From Lama glama (lineage: Eukaryota), in the NCBI GenBank assembly GCA_028534125.1, contig CM052818.1, positions 39,062,001 through 39,126,000 on the forward strand: 64,000 nt of DNA, read 5' to 3'. How positions within the stretch are numbered: position 1 is the stretch's first letter; every line of letters begins with the position of its first letter. Both the position numbers and the translations under genes were made by a program. The notes below the pieces were generated by a model. That model ran no database searches and was not told where the DNA came from. It worked only from the letters and a program-made list of their open reading frames with translations. Below are positions 13,136 through 27,750 of the stretch, piece by piece.

Positions 13136-14028
13136 AATTTCATTGTCAAATTAAGTAACTTGCTTTTAGTCATGAAGTTAGTAAGGAACAAAAATTTTGA
13201 GCGTAGGTTTACCTGGTTCATTCCAGGATGTCACACTGCTTCTCAAAGAGTGGTTTTATTTCTGTGTACTGTCTTTCTGAATAGAGAATCTTTTCCTGTT
13301 CCCTAAGTTGAGAATTTTTGTGAATTTCCATAAAATTGTAGCAAAATATAATGTAGTCTTTGGTGATTTGGTGGGAAAGGTGAGGTTGGTTGTTAATATA
13401 TTGGCATTTTTCACTTGACTTTTGACTTTTAATCTAAATTAAACACTTTTTACTTCAATACTTACTCTTAAAATATTTTATTACTAATTTTTAAATTAAA
13501 ATTGATCAGATAAGGGTCTTATATCTGATCAGATAACTGATCAGACAGGGTATTCTTTAAATAGAATAGTAATAAGCTTAATTTATACTGAAATTAATCC
13601 CTATTTTGCTTATCTTTGTACAGTTTTCTTGGCCTCCATTTAAGAATTTGGGGATCTGACCAGATTTTTTACTTACTAACTTATTCAGCCAATGTCAAAT
13701 ACCTAATATCAGACTCTTCTTGACTGGAGAGACACTGTTGAAAAAAAATCATCCTTACCACCATCAAGTTTGCATTGTTGTGGAGAATACAGACAAGTAA
13801 ACCAGCAACTTCAATATAATGATTGTAATGCTATTGCTTTATTGCGCTTTATTTAATAATTTGATTTTATCGAAACAGTGATTTGATTAGAATTATTTTT
13901 TCTTCTTCTTCTTCTTTTTTTTTTTAACCAAACTTACCACAGACTGGATTATATTAAGAGTTGCTTCTGGGTTTATTTTCCCCACTAGATTAGAAACAAG
14001 AAAGCCCAGACGTTTCTCCACAACTTTA

Positions 14029-14377
14029 GAGTTGACCCTTGAACTCAGGTTTGAACTGAATGGGTTCCATTTATATGTGTATTGTTTTCAGAAAATTGGA
14101 AAATATTTTGGAGGTTTGTGACAGCTTGAAAAAACTTGGGCGAATTATGTAGAAATACTGAAAAAAGTTAAGAAAAGTTAGGTATATCATGAATGTGTAA
14201 AATTATACTTAGATACACATATAGCATATAAAATGTATTAATCAAAAAAATTTATTAATTGACTATTTATGTTACCAGTAGGCTATTAGTAGTAAAGTTT
14301 TGGGGGGGGTCAGAAGTTGGACATCTTTTTGGTGGGATCAGTGCCCCTAACCTCCTGCATTGTTGAAGGGTCACGTG
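14029..14377 (+). mobile_element. Tigger2-family (Tc1/mariner-pogo) non-autonomous DNA transposon
   Basis: TA then GAGTTGACCCTTGAAC at 14029, with inverted TGTTGAAGGGTCACGTG at 14361-14377; both resemble the Tigger2 TIR CAGTTGACCCTTGAACA. Confidence 0.8.
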
Positions 14378-16809
14378 TGTTCAGAACTCAAAAAAAAAGT
14401 CTGTGTAATTGAATTTGAGTAGTTTATTTCTTTCTGTTTTATTGATGAATCTACTTTTTGAATACCAGCTACTTTCTTGTTTAAAAAATTATTTTATATC
14501 CTACATAGATTTCTATATTAAAGCATTTTTTTGTTGTGTTGTCAGTGCGTTCTCTGATCAATGTGTTAGGATCATACTTTGTCGAATACTGCACTTTGAA
14601 AAGTTTTATGGCAGTTGGGGAGTTTTTATTTTTGCGTGTGTGTGTTTTGATTTCGGATAGCGATAGGTTTTTAGAGTGTCCTCATGTTTGGTAATCACAG
14701 TTATTTTGCACTAAAGATAAAAGATTCATGCAGATTTTGAAATCATAACAAGCCTTTTTGATGAACTAATGGAAATTGACACTGAAATTCTACAATGAGT
14801 AGAGACAGGAATGAGATATAATACTAGTCTGAACTACATAGTTCATATGTTAAAAACTCAGTGTGTTTAAAAGCTGTAATGTAATGAATGAGGGAAGATT
14901 GTTATATATCTTCTGTGAAGATTTCCCTTTTACCGTTGTATCTTTTTAAAAGTTAAGCACTAGATGCTAAAAGATAATGTTAATTACTTAATTGCTTTTA
15001 GAAAAAAAATTACAAGCAATAGAAATGGAAACAACAGATTTTTATTTTGGTTTGTAGCTTTCATCTAATGTTTGCCTGCACATTGTCATAAAATGTACAG
15101 ATTTAAAGTAGCACACTTGACATATTTATGCATTTGCTTTTATATTAGCCTGTTAAAATGATGTCAAAGATTATACTTTTAACTTGAATTATATTGGTTT
15201 TTACATTTATTGATGCTTTGGTCTTTTCCCAGTAAAATTTTTGTGTCTTTATGTGGCAAATACATAGTAAAACATTTTGTAGTTTAAAATTTATATGGTT
15301 TATTCCCCATGTAACCTCAAGCATATCCCAGACTTAAGAATAGTGTATGGTATTAAACATTCTTCATGAGGTATAGCAGAGTATAACTGAAAGCTTTAAG
15401 TGAATCATTCACGTGTAGTAGTTTTTAAAAACCCAACTCAGTCTAGTTATTAGCTGTGCATCCTTGAATAAGGTATTTAGCTTTTCTAAAGCTGTTGTGT
15501 CACAAGTAAAATGGAGATAATATCTTCGTCTCATAGAGTAATTAAGATAGCCTTATGTATATTAGAGTTGTAGGACTTTTGTTACAAATTACTATAGCTA
15601 AATGGCTTAAAACAAATTTATTGTCTCGCAGTTCTGAAAGCTAGAAGATAAATGTACTAGTAAGTTCAGATTATCCATGGCTATTACAGTCTACTCTGAA
15701 TGTTACATATACTTCTTTTGAAAAGCAATCAGAAAAAAAATAATCAACTGTTAAGTACTAAGTGGATCAGTTTATGGGCTGGAAGTAACTAAAGGTAATA
15801 CCTTAAAGTAAAATAGGCCATCCTATTAGACTTTTTCCAGCTATGTATTCTATATCGTTGGTTCTTTGCCTACTCTAGGTAACTTGTCATCTTTCATTAT
15901 CATCTTACTATTTTTTGAACTTTCCAGAGCCTTGACTTCTGAAACAGTCTCTGCCTAGTAACCTATATGTAGTTGTACCCTTTTCAGGACCCAGAATCTA
16001 CTTGAATTACCAATTTTAAAATTAGTAGTTGACAACCTGCTCTAAAATGAAACCATAAATGATGCTGATTCTAATTCATCAGCCTCCAAACTTCTATCAG
16101 AATAACCAGATAATTGTTGTTTTAATAAAAACTGTCCACTCAGGGTAATTCAGTGGGTCTTGAGAAAGGCTCGAGAATTACTTTTATGTATTTTAAAGTA
16201 AATGAAAGAATAGACAGGTTGAGGAGCTGCCATTCCAGATCACAGGGAGGTGGAAAATAATGAAAAGTGAAAACTTGTCAGGTTTATTTTATAGTTGTTT
16301 TGATTGTTATTTTTATTTCTCCCTTGTGTCTTTCCCATTATTTTTAAATTGTTTTGATTTCTGGTATTTAATAGGGAAGGATTCTAAAACAATAGACCTC
16401 TCAAGGAAATTAATGAAAACAAAAAATCGTATTATTTCTGCTAAGATAATTACTAGGTGTTTGCTTTCATTCAGTTGTCATGAATGAACTTAACAACAGA
16501 TAACTATTGCCAAGTAGCATATAAGGGACAACACACTACTGTGTAATAAGCTGTGGCCTAATAGTCCTGACTGACTAGCTGCATGCCACATCACTTTTGA
16601 ATCATAGTGACTTCATCTGTGAAGTTACAGTACAGATCTCCATGTCCCATTTATTCTTATTCAGCTGATTAAAAAGTGATAAATGGTAGGGAGGATGGCA
16701 GTGATAAATTGAAGGGATTGTTATCCCTTTAACACATTTGGTACAGAACACATCCGCTTTCAGACAACCAGTAGCAGTGGTATGAATATAGATGACCTAT
16801 CTGTATGTT

Positions 16810-17380
16810 TGCTTTTAACTAATTTTGGAATAATTTCAGACTTACGAAGAAGTCATTAACACCAAAACAAACAAAAATTCAGCTTATCCCTCACCCAAAT
16901 TCTTCAAATATTATTTTACTGAATTTACTTTATAATTCTTTCTCCTCCCTCCCCCTCTCTGCATTTGCTTGCCCCCTCACCCATTTTTTCTTTGATATTT
17001 TTAAAAGGAAGTTGCAGGCATAATGTTTCTTACTCATAAATATATCAGTGTGTGTTTTTCCTGAAAATGAGGATGTTCTTTTATATAACCGCAATTAGTG
17101 AAGTCAGGAAATTAACAATGATACAGTACTATCAAATCAACCAACTGTATTCAAATTTTGCCAGTTGTCTCACTGACCTCCTTTATAAGAAGGGTGGGAC
17201 AGGGGAGGCGGGTGGGCAGAGAGGGAGATTGGGAAGGAAATTGATTTGAGGGCTCAAACATGACATTGACTTGTCATGACTCTTTACTCTTTAATTTTAA
17301 ACTATTTCTCAGTCTTTTATGACCTCAACAGTTTTGAAGGATATGGGCCAATTTTGTAAAAATATCCCTCAATTCCAAGG
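16810..17380 (-). mobile_element. Old L1 (L1MC/MD-like) 3' UTR fragment
   Basis: ttttggaataatttcagacttac...tcaggaaattaacaatgatacag...attcaaattttgccagttgtc motifs. Boundaries approximate. Confidence 0.55.
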
Positions 17381-19794
17381 AGGTTTTGGATGACATGCTT
17401 TCAGTATTTAAAAACAACCAAATTTAAAATGTTCAATATATGTTTTAAATTGGGTTAAATGTTTATTAGTTTGTAAGAAAATGAAGATACCCTGATCCTT
17501 TGTGAAATTAAATTTTCAACTTTCTAAATGGAAACACTAATTATAATTGGTCTTCTAGAACTGAAATTCCAAGATTTTTAAAACTCAAGGCAGTTTAGCA
17601 CAGTGCATCAGTAATTTGGTGTATTAGGAGCTCATAGAATATAATCAAAAAGTACCTAGACAGGGGAGAAATTCCTGTTGGATATTAATAAGACTACTTG
17701 TAAGTTACCAAGTAAAACTGACATAGTCATTTTCTGGGGTAAATATGTATTTTGCATTTTGTGTGGAAATTTTTAGTGCATTAAGGATAATGAGGTAGAA
17801 TTAGGCCTTGTGTTTCAGGGAATGATAAAACAGTGGTACCGAGGTGTAGTAATAAGAGAGGAAGAAGTGAACAGTTAGGATACTGCTAGGAAATTTGTGT
17901 GAAAAATGGGTTTGGAATAATGATTTGAAAACTAGGCTGAAGAATTTAGAGGCGGTACTCTAGCAGGATATCGTAGTTTTTTTAGTGTAAAGTGACATCA
18001 TCAAAGTAATGTTTGAATGGGAAGCTATAATTGTTTGTAAAAACAGATTGGAATGATAAGCAGAGTGCCCCATCCTACAAAAAGCTTAAAGAACTGTTAA
18101 CTGGAATGGGCTAATGATTATTGTTGTGAACAGTTGATGGAACTATAAATACAAACAAAAATAGGGAACTAGAAGAGTTAGTAGTAGTGAGGAGATTGAA
18201 ACAGTATTAAAACACTGAATTCGTTTACTTTTTAGATTTTTTCATACGAGAAGAGAGACAGTTAGTTATGTAGACCTGGAATGAACATGAAAATTTGATG
18301 TTCATGACTTTGGTGTATAAAATAGCATATTAAAATTATACACTTTTAAGGCAGATTTATAGAACTGGACCTTAGGCAGTTGATATTACATAAAATATTT
18401 ATGAATACTTACTGAATACCCAAAGTTTGTCAGACAGACATTGTTTTAGACGCTAGGTATCTAGCATGTAGGTGAATGTAATTTTATGGTACTTACATTA
18501 CAAATGGGGCTGAGGATTCAAATAAATAATTAATATGTATAATATAGTTGAATGATGGGAAATTCAATGAAGAAAAATAAAGCTAGGGCAGTGGGGACTG
18601 AAAGTAAAAGAGGAATATTCTAATCCGCTTCACTCTCCAGGATTATAACTCTTTTATTGCTCCTTGTCCCTGTAACTCTTTTTGGCCTTTGTCCCTGTAT
18701 CTGTTTTTGGCCTTTAATGCCTCTCTGTAACTATGCACTGACAGTGTGTCCTTGGCATCATCTCTACCCTGTGGCCTGGACTGTACATACAGCACTACTC
18801 TAAATAGATGTGATCTACAGTATACAGTATATGAAGCTGATGGTGGGTTTTGTTTATCTGAACTGCTAAATCTGCAATTTACAGTTTTCTATATCTTTTT
18901 CTTTTTTAAAAGGACACTGTCAAGTACTTTTAAACAGTTATTTGTAATAAGAACGATTACCTACTCGTATTTATTTTTGTTTTTATCAACTGCCCTTTAG
19001 TTTTCTTCTTTGACATGGGATATGTTAGAGGCTTTTTATTTGTTTTAAGTGATCAATATTAAAGCTCTAGGAGTAATAGATAATGTTTAATGCTGCTATT
19101 TCATGTCTGTAAAACAGTATTTTTATGGAGAATATTTTGTAAATAAAAATTTTTTTAAATAGTGTGTAATTTGGATTTATTATCTGATATTGTGGGGTTT
19201 TTGAGTGTGGAATTTAATTAGTGGATTAACTAAGAAATTATTTTTCTTTATGTAGAAGTATATATGACTTAATGAATTTTTATATATTCTGAAAAAGTGC
19301 AGATTTAGCCCTTGATGTTTCATTAACACTATGAGTAATGTTTCAGTCAGACTTGATTTTAGTGACTTAAAATCTGAGTTTGCTAGCTATTTGTAACTTG
19401 CTTGTTAATGTAACTGAAAATTTTGTTGGTGGTTTAAGTATTCTGGTATTGATACTAGTATGTATGACATTAGTTGTTATAATTATGCTTTAAACTAAGC
19501 TTCCAAGAACAAATGCAGGTTGTGTATGACATTAGATGTTTTTAAACTGTCGGGAACAAATACAGGTTTATTTTTCTCATATTTTCTTGTCTCAGCTCCC
19601 CATATATTATAACCACACACATTAAATAAGTAAATGTGTGAGATTTGCTCTTCAACTTTAATTTCCTGTTATACCACGTAGGAATTAGTGGGGTGAATAT
19701 TTCTTTATTGACTGACTTTTTAGTTTTTAAGTGACTTTAATCTGAAGAATGACTTTGTGAAAAATATTTGCTGACCACAGCTGCTTTGTTGTAG

Positions 19795-20062
19795 GAGGAC
19801 TGACAAATGGTAGTGGTCGATATATCTCTGCAGCACCTGGAGCAGAAGCAAAATATCGAAGTGCTTCAAGCACTTCCAGTCTATTTAGCTCCAGCAGCCA
19901 GCTCTTTCCTCCTTCTCGGCTTCGGTATAATAGGTCTGATATTATGCCTTCTGGCCGAAGTAGATTATTGGAAGATTTCAGAAACAACCGCTTCCCAAAC
20001 CTTCAACTTAGAGACTTGATTGGACACATAGTTGAGTTTTCTCAAGACCAGCATGGTTCTAG
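19795..20062 (+). CDS. PUM2: PUM2 coding exon, start of PUM-HD ([21 protein letters not shown]...[37 protein letters not shown])
   Basis: Acceptor ttgttgtag|GA, donor CTAG|gtaggt; 268 nt, phase 1/2. Confidence 0.97.
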
Positions 20063-21004
20063 GTAGGTGATTATGATTTATGATACTTTCCACTGCATTT
20101 TTGCTTTGAAAGAGCTGAAATTTTTCTTGACTGGAATTACTTAAACGACATAAGAGTTGGAGTCTTAAAAGATAAATACCCAATATGGACTTTTCCTTCA
20201 TATTAGGATAAATTATAAAAATGCAGGTTTTGGATTTATTTTTATGGTTCTTCAGTTTTCTATAACAAAAATGTAGCAGTGCCTCTTTACTGGATTATTT
20301 TTATACAAAGTTAAATGCTTTGTATTCTCTGTAGATTTATATTCAGTGTGACTTGACTTAAAATGTTTGACTTTTGTTATAGGAGAATTTAGTGCCTTTT
20401 TACATTAAACATAATTATGTGTACTGTAATACTTCTTGAGGTACATGTGAATTGGTGTTTTCAAGATAGCACTGAAAGGAAAAAAGTAAAATTCTAACAC
20501 ATTTATTTAATTTGAGGTGCCTTTTTATAGTTTTAAGGTAAATTTAAAAATTTTTTTAAATAGTTTTTAATAAGATAGCTGTGTACAAATTTTATCTCCC
20601 TATAGTTGCAAGTTCCTTAAGGGTAGCAAATGAAACTTTTTATCATTTACAGTGACTAGCATAGCTAAGAATTAAGTTGTGTTTGATGAATTTTATTTCT
20701 AAGGATTTCTTTTATGTTCTAAAAAATATACTTAATAATAATGTAATTATGAAAATAAATAAATAACCAGTAATATCTTTGTAGGTTTTTTTAAGTTAGT
20801 GCAACCAGAACTAACTTAAAAAGGATTAAGCTGTCTTTATATCCAGATTTTTTTGCCAGTCTAACTAGGAGTTATTTTAAATTTAGGTGTTAACAAAGAA
20901 ATACTTCATAACTTTTGTTCTTTTTATTTTAAATTGGCTGTTTATAGTATAAAATGTGTTAGTACTATTTCTGGAAATGATTTTATCTGTGTGTCTATAT
21001 GTAA

Positions 21005-21271
<267 letters not shown>

Positions 21272-21329
21272 TAGAAAAAGCTATGAAAGTTGAGTGAGTA
21301 ATTTTTGTATAAAAATGTATGAGCTTGGA

Positions 21330-22230
21330 AGAAAATATTTACAGATTATATATCTGATAAAAGATTTTATATCCAGAATATATGAAGAACTCCTAAAACT
21401 CAACAACAGAATGTCAAAAAATGGACAAAGGACTCAAGTAGACATTTCTCCATACAAGATATCCAAATGTGCCGTAAGCACACAGAAAGGTCAACACCCT
21501 CAGTCATTAGGGAATGCAAATCAAAACCACAATGAGATTCTACCCACCCTTTACATCTATTAGGATGGCTATAATTTTTAAAATAGAAAATAAAGATGGA
21601 GAGTTGGAGAAATTGGAACCCTTGTACATTGTTGGTGGGAGTGTAAAATGCAACCAATGTGGAAAACGTTTGGTAGTTACTCAAAAAACTAAACAAAATT
21701 ACTGTATAATCTAACAGTTCCACTCTAGGTATGTACCCAAAAGGATTGAAGACAAGGACTTAAACATTATGTTTGTTTCAGCGTTATTCACAATAGCCAA
21801 AAGGTGGAAACCACCCAAATACTCAATAGATGAATGGATAAACAAAATGTGGTATATACGTAAAATAGAATATTGTTCAGCCATAAGAAGGAATGAAGCT
21901 TTGATGCATGCTGCACATAGATGAAGCGAAGTGAAATAAGCCAGATACAAAAGGATGAACATTATAGAGTTCCGTTTATATGAAATGTCTAGAATAGGCA
22001 AATTCATAGGGACATAAGTAGACTAGGGCTTACAGTAGACTGGTTAGGGTAAGAGAAGGAACAGGGAGTTAGTTATTGCTTAATGCATATAGTGTTTCTC
22101 TTTGGGGCAATGGAAAAGATTTGTAATCAGATTGTGGTGATAATTGCACATCATGTGAATATAGTCAGTGCCACTGAAAAAAAATGGTTAATTGACATGA
22201 TTAAAATGACATATTTTATTATATTTTTTA
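21330..22230 (+). mobile_element. L1MB-like LINE-1, ORF2 C-terminus and 3' UTR
   Basis: Decayed ORF2 peptides in the ORF track (SRIYEELLKLNN; MQIKTTMRFY), followed by L1 3' UTR motifs. Confidence 0.85.
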
Positions 22231-22799
22231 ATATATGGGCCTTCTTTAAATGAGAAGTTTAATGTTAATCCTGATAAATATTTGAAATATATTTGAAAAT
22301 ATAACACATTGGAGGTACATCTTATGTGAAGCAATTAATGAATAGTAGTACAGTCATTTGGATTTGTTTAGGTGTCATTTGTTTTATAATTTAGCTAATT
22401 ATTTATAACTAAACATCTGTTTTGTAGCTTGACTTAACGAAGGTTTATTCCACAATCAGAGCATAGCTGAGAATTATCTGGTCTGAATGTGTGGCTCAGA
22501 AATTCATTATATCAAAGACGAGGGGGGGTTATTTGAAATGAAGATGTTTGCTTTAAAAGAGTAACAAGTGGTTAATATATTAGCAAATAGGAAATAGTAG
22601 GTAGAATGACTTACCCCAAAAAAGTAATGCAGTTATTTCAAGCATCTCTGGGTAGTCTATCTTAATTAGCTTTCACCTAAATGCCTCCTCCCTACATACT
22701 TGCCAGATGTGATGTTTTAAAAATAGATTCAGTAGACTGCAAACAGTGGGTTAACAAAGTAATGTAATGGTCACTTTTTATTAACTTTTTTTCTGTCAG

Positions 22800-22934
22800 T
22801 TTGGGAGTTTGGATCAAAAATTAGCCCTGGCTACTCGCATTCGTGGTCATGTTCTGCCCTTAGCGTTGCAGATGTATGGTTGCCGAGTTATTCAGAAAGC
22901 ACTTGAGTCTATTTCATCTGACCAGCAGGTAATT
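22800..22934 (+). CDS. PUM2: PUM2 PUF exon ([43 protein letters not shown][VI])
   Basis: Acceptor tctgtcag|TTT; tandem donors CAG|gtaatt (end 22928) and ATT|gtaagt (end 22934); repeat 3. Confidence 0.96.
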
Positions 22935-25180
22935 GTAAGTTAAGACAAAATTTTTGTATTATTTTATTCAGTTTTTGAATTATTACTTTATCTTACAATA
23001 ATAATCTTGGAGTAAAATGTTAAATGCTTCCACAGTTAGACTAAAATATTTTTTTAGGTGTCTTAAACTGTATATTGTTAATTGAAAGTTATACACCAGA
23101 TCTATGATCTGTCCTCTATTCATTTTCTTCAACTTTTTATCTTTACATGAAAATATTTGAGTACCTACTGTGTGTCAAGCAGAGTAGTACTCGATGGTGG
23201 GTGTTTCTGCTGTCACTTTCACTTATTTGATTTTCTGTAGTATCAGGAATATACTTTACTATTTCCAGTGTTTATTTTGATTGTACTTACAGTTCTGTTC
23301 TGAGAATGAAATTTTAAAAATGAATTGTATTCCTGTGTGTCACTTAAAAATGTATATAAAGTTTTAAAATTTTCAGTCAACAGGTAAAGTACATCTTAAC
23401 AAGATTTACAATTCTAAGAGGAAAGAGAGTACATATAAATTAAATGGGAAATAGACCATGTTCCTGGATGGAAAGTTCTAAATATTTTAAATTTTAAAAG
23501 GATTAATGCAATTCCAGTTATGATGAGAATATTCTTGTAAATGATCAAAATAGATTTTTTAAGTATTTTAAATAGAGAAGAATATTAAGGAGAGTAGGGC
23601 ATGAGGATAAATGCTAATCCACTAGATTTTTTTATAATGAACTGTGAAGTATCACTGATTAGTTAGTATGGTTCATGTATGAGATAAAAAGTCTCTCAAA
23701 ATGAAATTCATAACCCCGAATAGATACTATTTTGTATATAACTGGTTTATGTATTACAATGAAACATAATAACAGTAAAGAAAATAATTATTTCTTAAAA
23801 TGTGTTGGTAATTAGTAAGTTTGGAAAGAGAATGGTTTTGACTCTCAACCTATATACATTCAATAAAATAAATTCCAGAATTAAAAACAATATATATGGA
23901 TGGATGGATATTTATGTGTGTATGTGTATGCATTAATCACAGCAGTGGACATCTGTGAGAAAATTGCATTATTCCTCTGTGTTTTAGAGTAATTGAAGAT
24001 ATGTCACAGTGGAGAAAGATCAACAATTTGATTATATAGATGCTTAGAACTTCTCTGCTCTGAAGTCTCAAACCGGTGTAAACACTTTAAAGATATTTTA
24101 AATGTTTTTCATATTTGAAAATATAAAGCATTGGGAGTAAGTTTTAGATGAACCAGTTCATGGATAACAGTATTACATTCTCTGTTTAGACTCTTAAGTA
24201 CATTTGATTTTGTAATTTAGTCCATATTTTAGTTTATAACTAAACATCTGTACAATATCTTTACATAAAGGATTCCTCTACAGTTATGTCAGAATATAGT
24301 TGTGCGTTCTTTGAGTGAGAGAGATTTTAAGATTATAAGAGATTGTAAGAGACTTTACACTGTGTGTACTCCATTTCTTCACAATACTATTTCCTATTGC
24401 ATTGATAAGGCACACATTATTGTGTGGTTACCTATATTTTTTCTTAAGGACTAAAATATTTATTTAATGAAGTCTTACAAATTTATGAGAATAAAATACT
24501 AAGATTGTTAGTTAAAAGAAAATGCAGTTAGTATATAAACCTTACTGTAAATAAGTTTAACCTTATTAGTTATCAAATATAAATTGAAAGAGGTGATTTT
24601 TGCCCATCAAGTGAGCAAAATCTCCTGAGAATCTCCCTGAAGAAGGTTATCAGATGATAAAGAACTTGATTCAGTATAGCTTTACTTTGTCATAAGATTA
24701 TTAAAAAGAAGAAGTAAAAATGCTCAACAATAATTTCTCCTTAATACTGAGATACTATCACATGGTCCATAAGTGCTCAATTCCTTACTCTTTTTCATAC
24801 ACTTGATAAATTCAGGCAGCCGTCCAAAATGATTATTTGAGGGGAGGAATATGCTAAGTAGAGAAAAAATGTAGAATTCTGAAATCATTGTATTAGTTGT
24901 CAGCTGCAAAAGATTCCTGGAAGATGTACAGAATGAAGATAGTAGTTTAAATATGGCAAATTGAGCATCACTAGGTTATATTTCAGCAGGTATCCTTTAC
25001 ATTATAAAGCATGTAAAATGTTTTAATAATTCTCACCTTCAATAGTTTCTGCTTATTACATTGAGAGGTGGGGTGCAAATTTTAAACTTTGATATATAAA
25101 AAATTGCAAACAAAATTTTGGATATACTTTCATTCCCATCTCAGGATTTTTCTTTTATGTTGTTTTGTGAGGTAGTTTAA

Positions 25181-25354
<174 letters not shown>

Positions 25355-25946
25355 TAATTAAAATTTATAAGTCACAAGATAATTAATAGTCTTATGCAAA
25401 AATAGGAGACAAAATAATGTGCATTAAATTTCTATTGTTTTCGTAGAGTGAGTCAATAGATAGCCTCATTTTTTGCAGCTGAAAAGATGTAAAAATATGA
25501 GTTTAATTATATTACTCTAAGAAGAAAAGATAACCACTATTAGAATTGTTAACTCAACGGTGTTTTCCAAACTTCCTGGGAGAGGGAGAAGAGGGAAGAC
25601 TTAAGACTGTATAATAAAAGACAGAAAGTAAATATCAATTAATAACTACTACATAATAATTAATAGCTTCTAATTACATCGTGTACTACCCCACAGTCCA
25701 TTCCTTCCCATTATTACATGCCCTCATGTTCTGATTAGGTTTCTTTTGATCAAATATCTGTTAGCTTCTAAATTGAATACTTCCCAGTCTTTCCAACATG
25801 ATGATGGTTGTCATATTAAATGTGAATTCTTCATCCTTCTACTTCTATCTTAAATTAATTCAGTATGCTATCAAAAACCTGTCTGCTTCTTAGAATATTC
25901 CAGAAATGTCACAGAATGGAAATTTATTTCTTCTAATTGTTTTAAG

Positions 25947-26072
25947 GTGTTTGTACTTTCAACACATCCTTATGGCTGTAGAGTAATCCAGCGCATCCTA
26001 GAGCATTGCACTGCAGAACAGACCTTACCTATCTTAGAAGAACTTCACCAACATACAGAGCAGTTGGTACAG
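25947..26072 (+). CDS. PUM2: PUM2 PUF exon ([42 protein letters not shown])
   Basis: Acceptor ttttaag|GTG, donor CAG|gtataa; 126 nt; repeat 5. Confidence 0.97.
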
Positions 26073-26303
26073 GTATAAACTCCCTAATATTTTTAAATGT
26101 TTATGTAGTTTTGAAAATGTTTGTTTTTTTCAAGGAAATACAGTTTATTATTAACACACTATAGAAACACAGTGAAACAAAAGCCTGTTATATTCTCCTG
26201 ACTCTACTGTTGGATTTTTAGAAAAATGATTAACATCTTAAAGAATTATCATTGTTCTTAAAGAATGACTTAAGGAAAGTAATTTTTAAATATCTACACT
26301 TAG

Positions 26304-26441
<138 letters not shown>

Positions 26442-26970
26442 TAATTCCAAGGGTCAGTTCTTTTAAATGTCTGGCTTTTATTAGCACAGAAATGAATAGA
26501 ATATAGCACTGGAATATAATCTGGTCTTTTTCTTTTTTAGTAGAGGCAAAAAGTACATATAGAGTTTTGCTTTTGTTCTTAAAGAATCTACGTGACAAAT
26601 TGGTTTGCCCACATAAATTTTGAAATCTGTATTTGGAAAATTATTTGTCCCCAAGATCTGTGAGTAAATGCAAATGTAATTTATTTATTTCATGTTCATG
26701 AAAACCTCAGGCCTTATTAGTGACTTAGTTTCCCCTTTTGAATTATAGTTTAGTTTTAATTATAATTTTAAGAGGCCTATAATTAACCTTGTGGACGTCC
26801 AATATGAGTTCTTCCATGATACTAATTTCTGTTTTTAAAGTAATTTTTAAAGAGAATGCTATTTTGACTCTTCTGTCTTACTCATTGATCAAGTTCTTTT
26901 AAAAGCCAAGGAAATTTTGCTGTAAAAAATAATAAAATTTTTTTTTTATGTATGTACTTTAATTTTTTAG

Positions 26971-27163
26971 CAATGTAGTAGAAAAGTGTGTTACTCATGC
27001 CTCCCGTGCTGAGAGAGCTTTATTGATTGATGAAGTTTGCTGCCAGAATGATGGTCCTCACAGTGCCTTATACACCATGATGAAGGACCAGTATGCCAAT
27101 TATGTAGTTCAGAAGATGATCGACATGGCTGAACCTGCTCAGAGAAAGATAATCATGCACAAG
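26971..27163 (+). CDS. PUM2: PUM2 PUF exon ([64 protein letters not shown])
   Basis: Acceptor ttttttag|C, donor AAG|gtaata; 193 nt; repeats 7-8. Confidence 0.97.
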
Positions 27164-27649
27164 GTAATATAGTTTATAGCAGTTAAAATTAATGATTCAA
27201 TTTGTGTGACTTTAGGCTGCTTAACTTCCCTAGGCTTTAATTTCCTCATATATGTTACAACTGGAGAAAAAAGTCTAAAATCAGTGGAAAACCTTTGGCA
27301 GATATATAGATACGGTATACCCTTTTATTAAATTCTTAAGGTAATGTACTCAATAAAGTCACACTAGTATCTCATCTGTTTACCTACCTTTAGCATTGTT
27401 TTTCCCTTCACTGTATTATTTAGGTATATTTGATTTGCCATAATACATTGTTACATTGGTTGAACATTGATTTTAAAATCTAATTAGATTTTTCTGACTA
27501 ACCTAATAAAGAGAAAATTTATGTTGACTTGATTGGGTTTGTTTTTTTTTAAAGCAGTTTAGCTGTTTTCTCTCTCTAGCCTCCTAGAATCTATTGATTA
27601 AGAAATCATTAATTTCCATAGGAAAATTTACTGTTAAAAAGAACACTGG

Positions 27650-27655
27650 GTGCTC

Positions 27656-27686
<31 letters not shown>

Positions 27687-27750
27687 AATACAGAGATTAG
27701 CATGGCCCTGTCAAGGATGACATGCAAATTCGTAAAGCGTTCCATATTTT
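27650..27750 (+). pseudogene. U6 snRNA processed pseudogene (near full length) in the last PUM2 intron
   Basis: GTGCTCGCTTCGGCAGCACATATACTAAAATTGGAAC...CGTTCCATATTTT with substitutions and small deletions. TSD AAAAAGAACACTGG (27636-27649) / AAAAAAACACTGG (27751-27763). Confidence 0.93.

Noticed and set aside
19727..19987. Antisense ORFs over PUM2 exons (also 1306-1524)
   Set aside because: Shadow frames of real coding exons with no independent evidence.
27650..27750. Functional U6 snRNA gene
   Set aside because: Deletions near the catalytic core, TSD and no recognisable PSE/TATA upstream.
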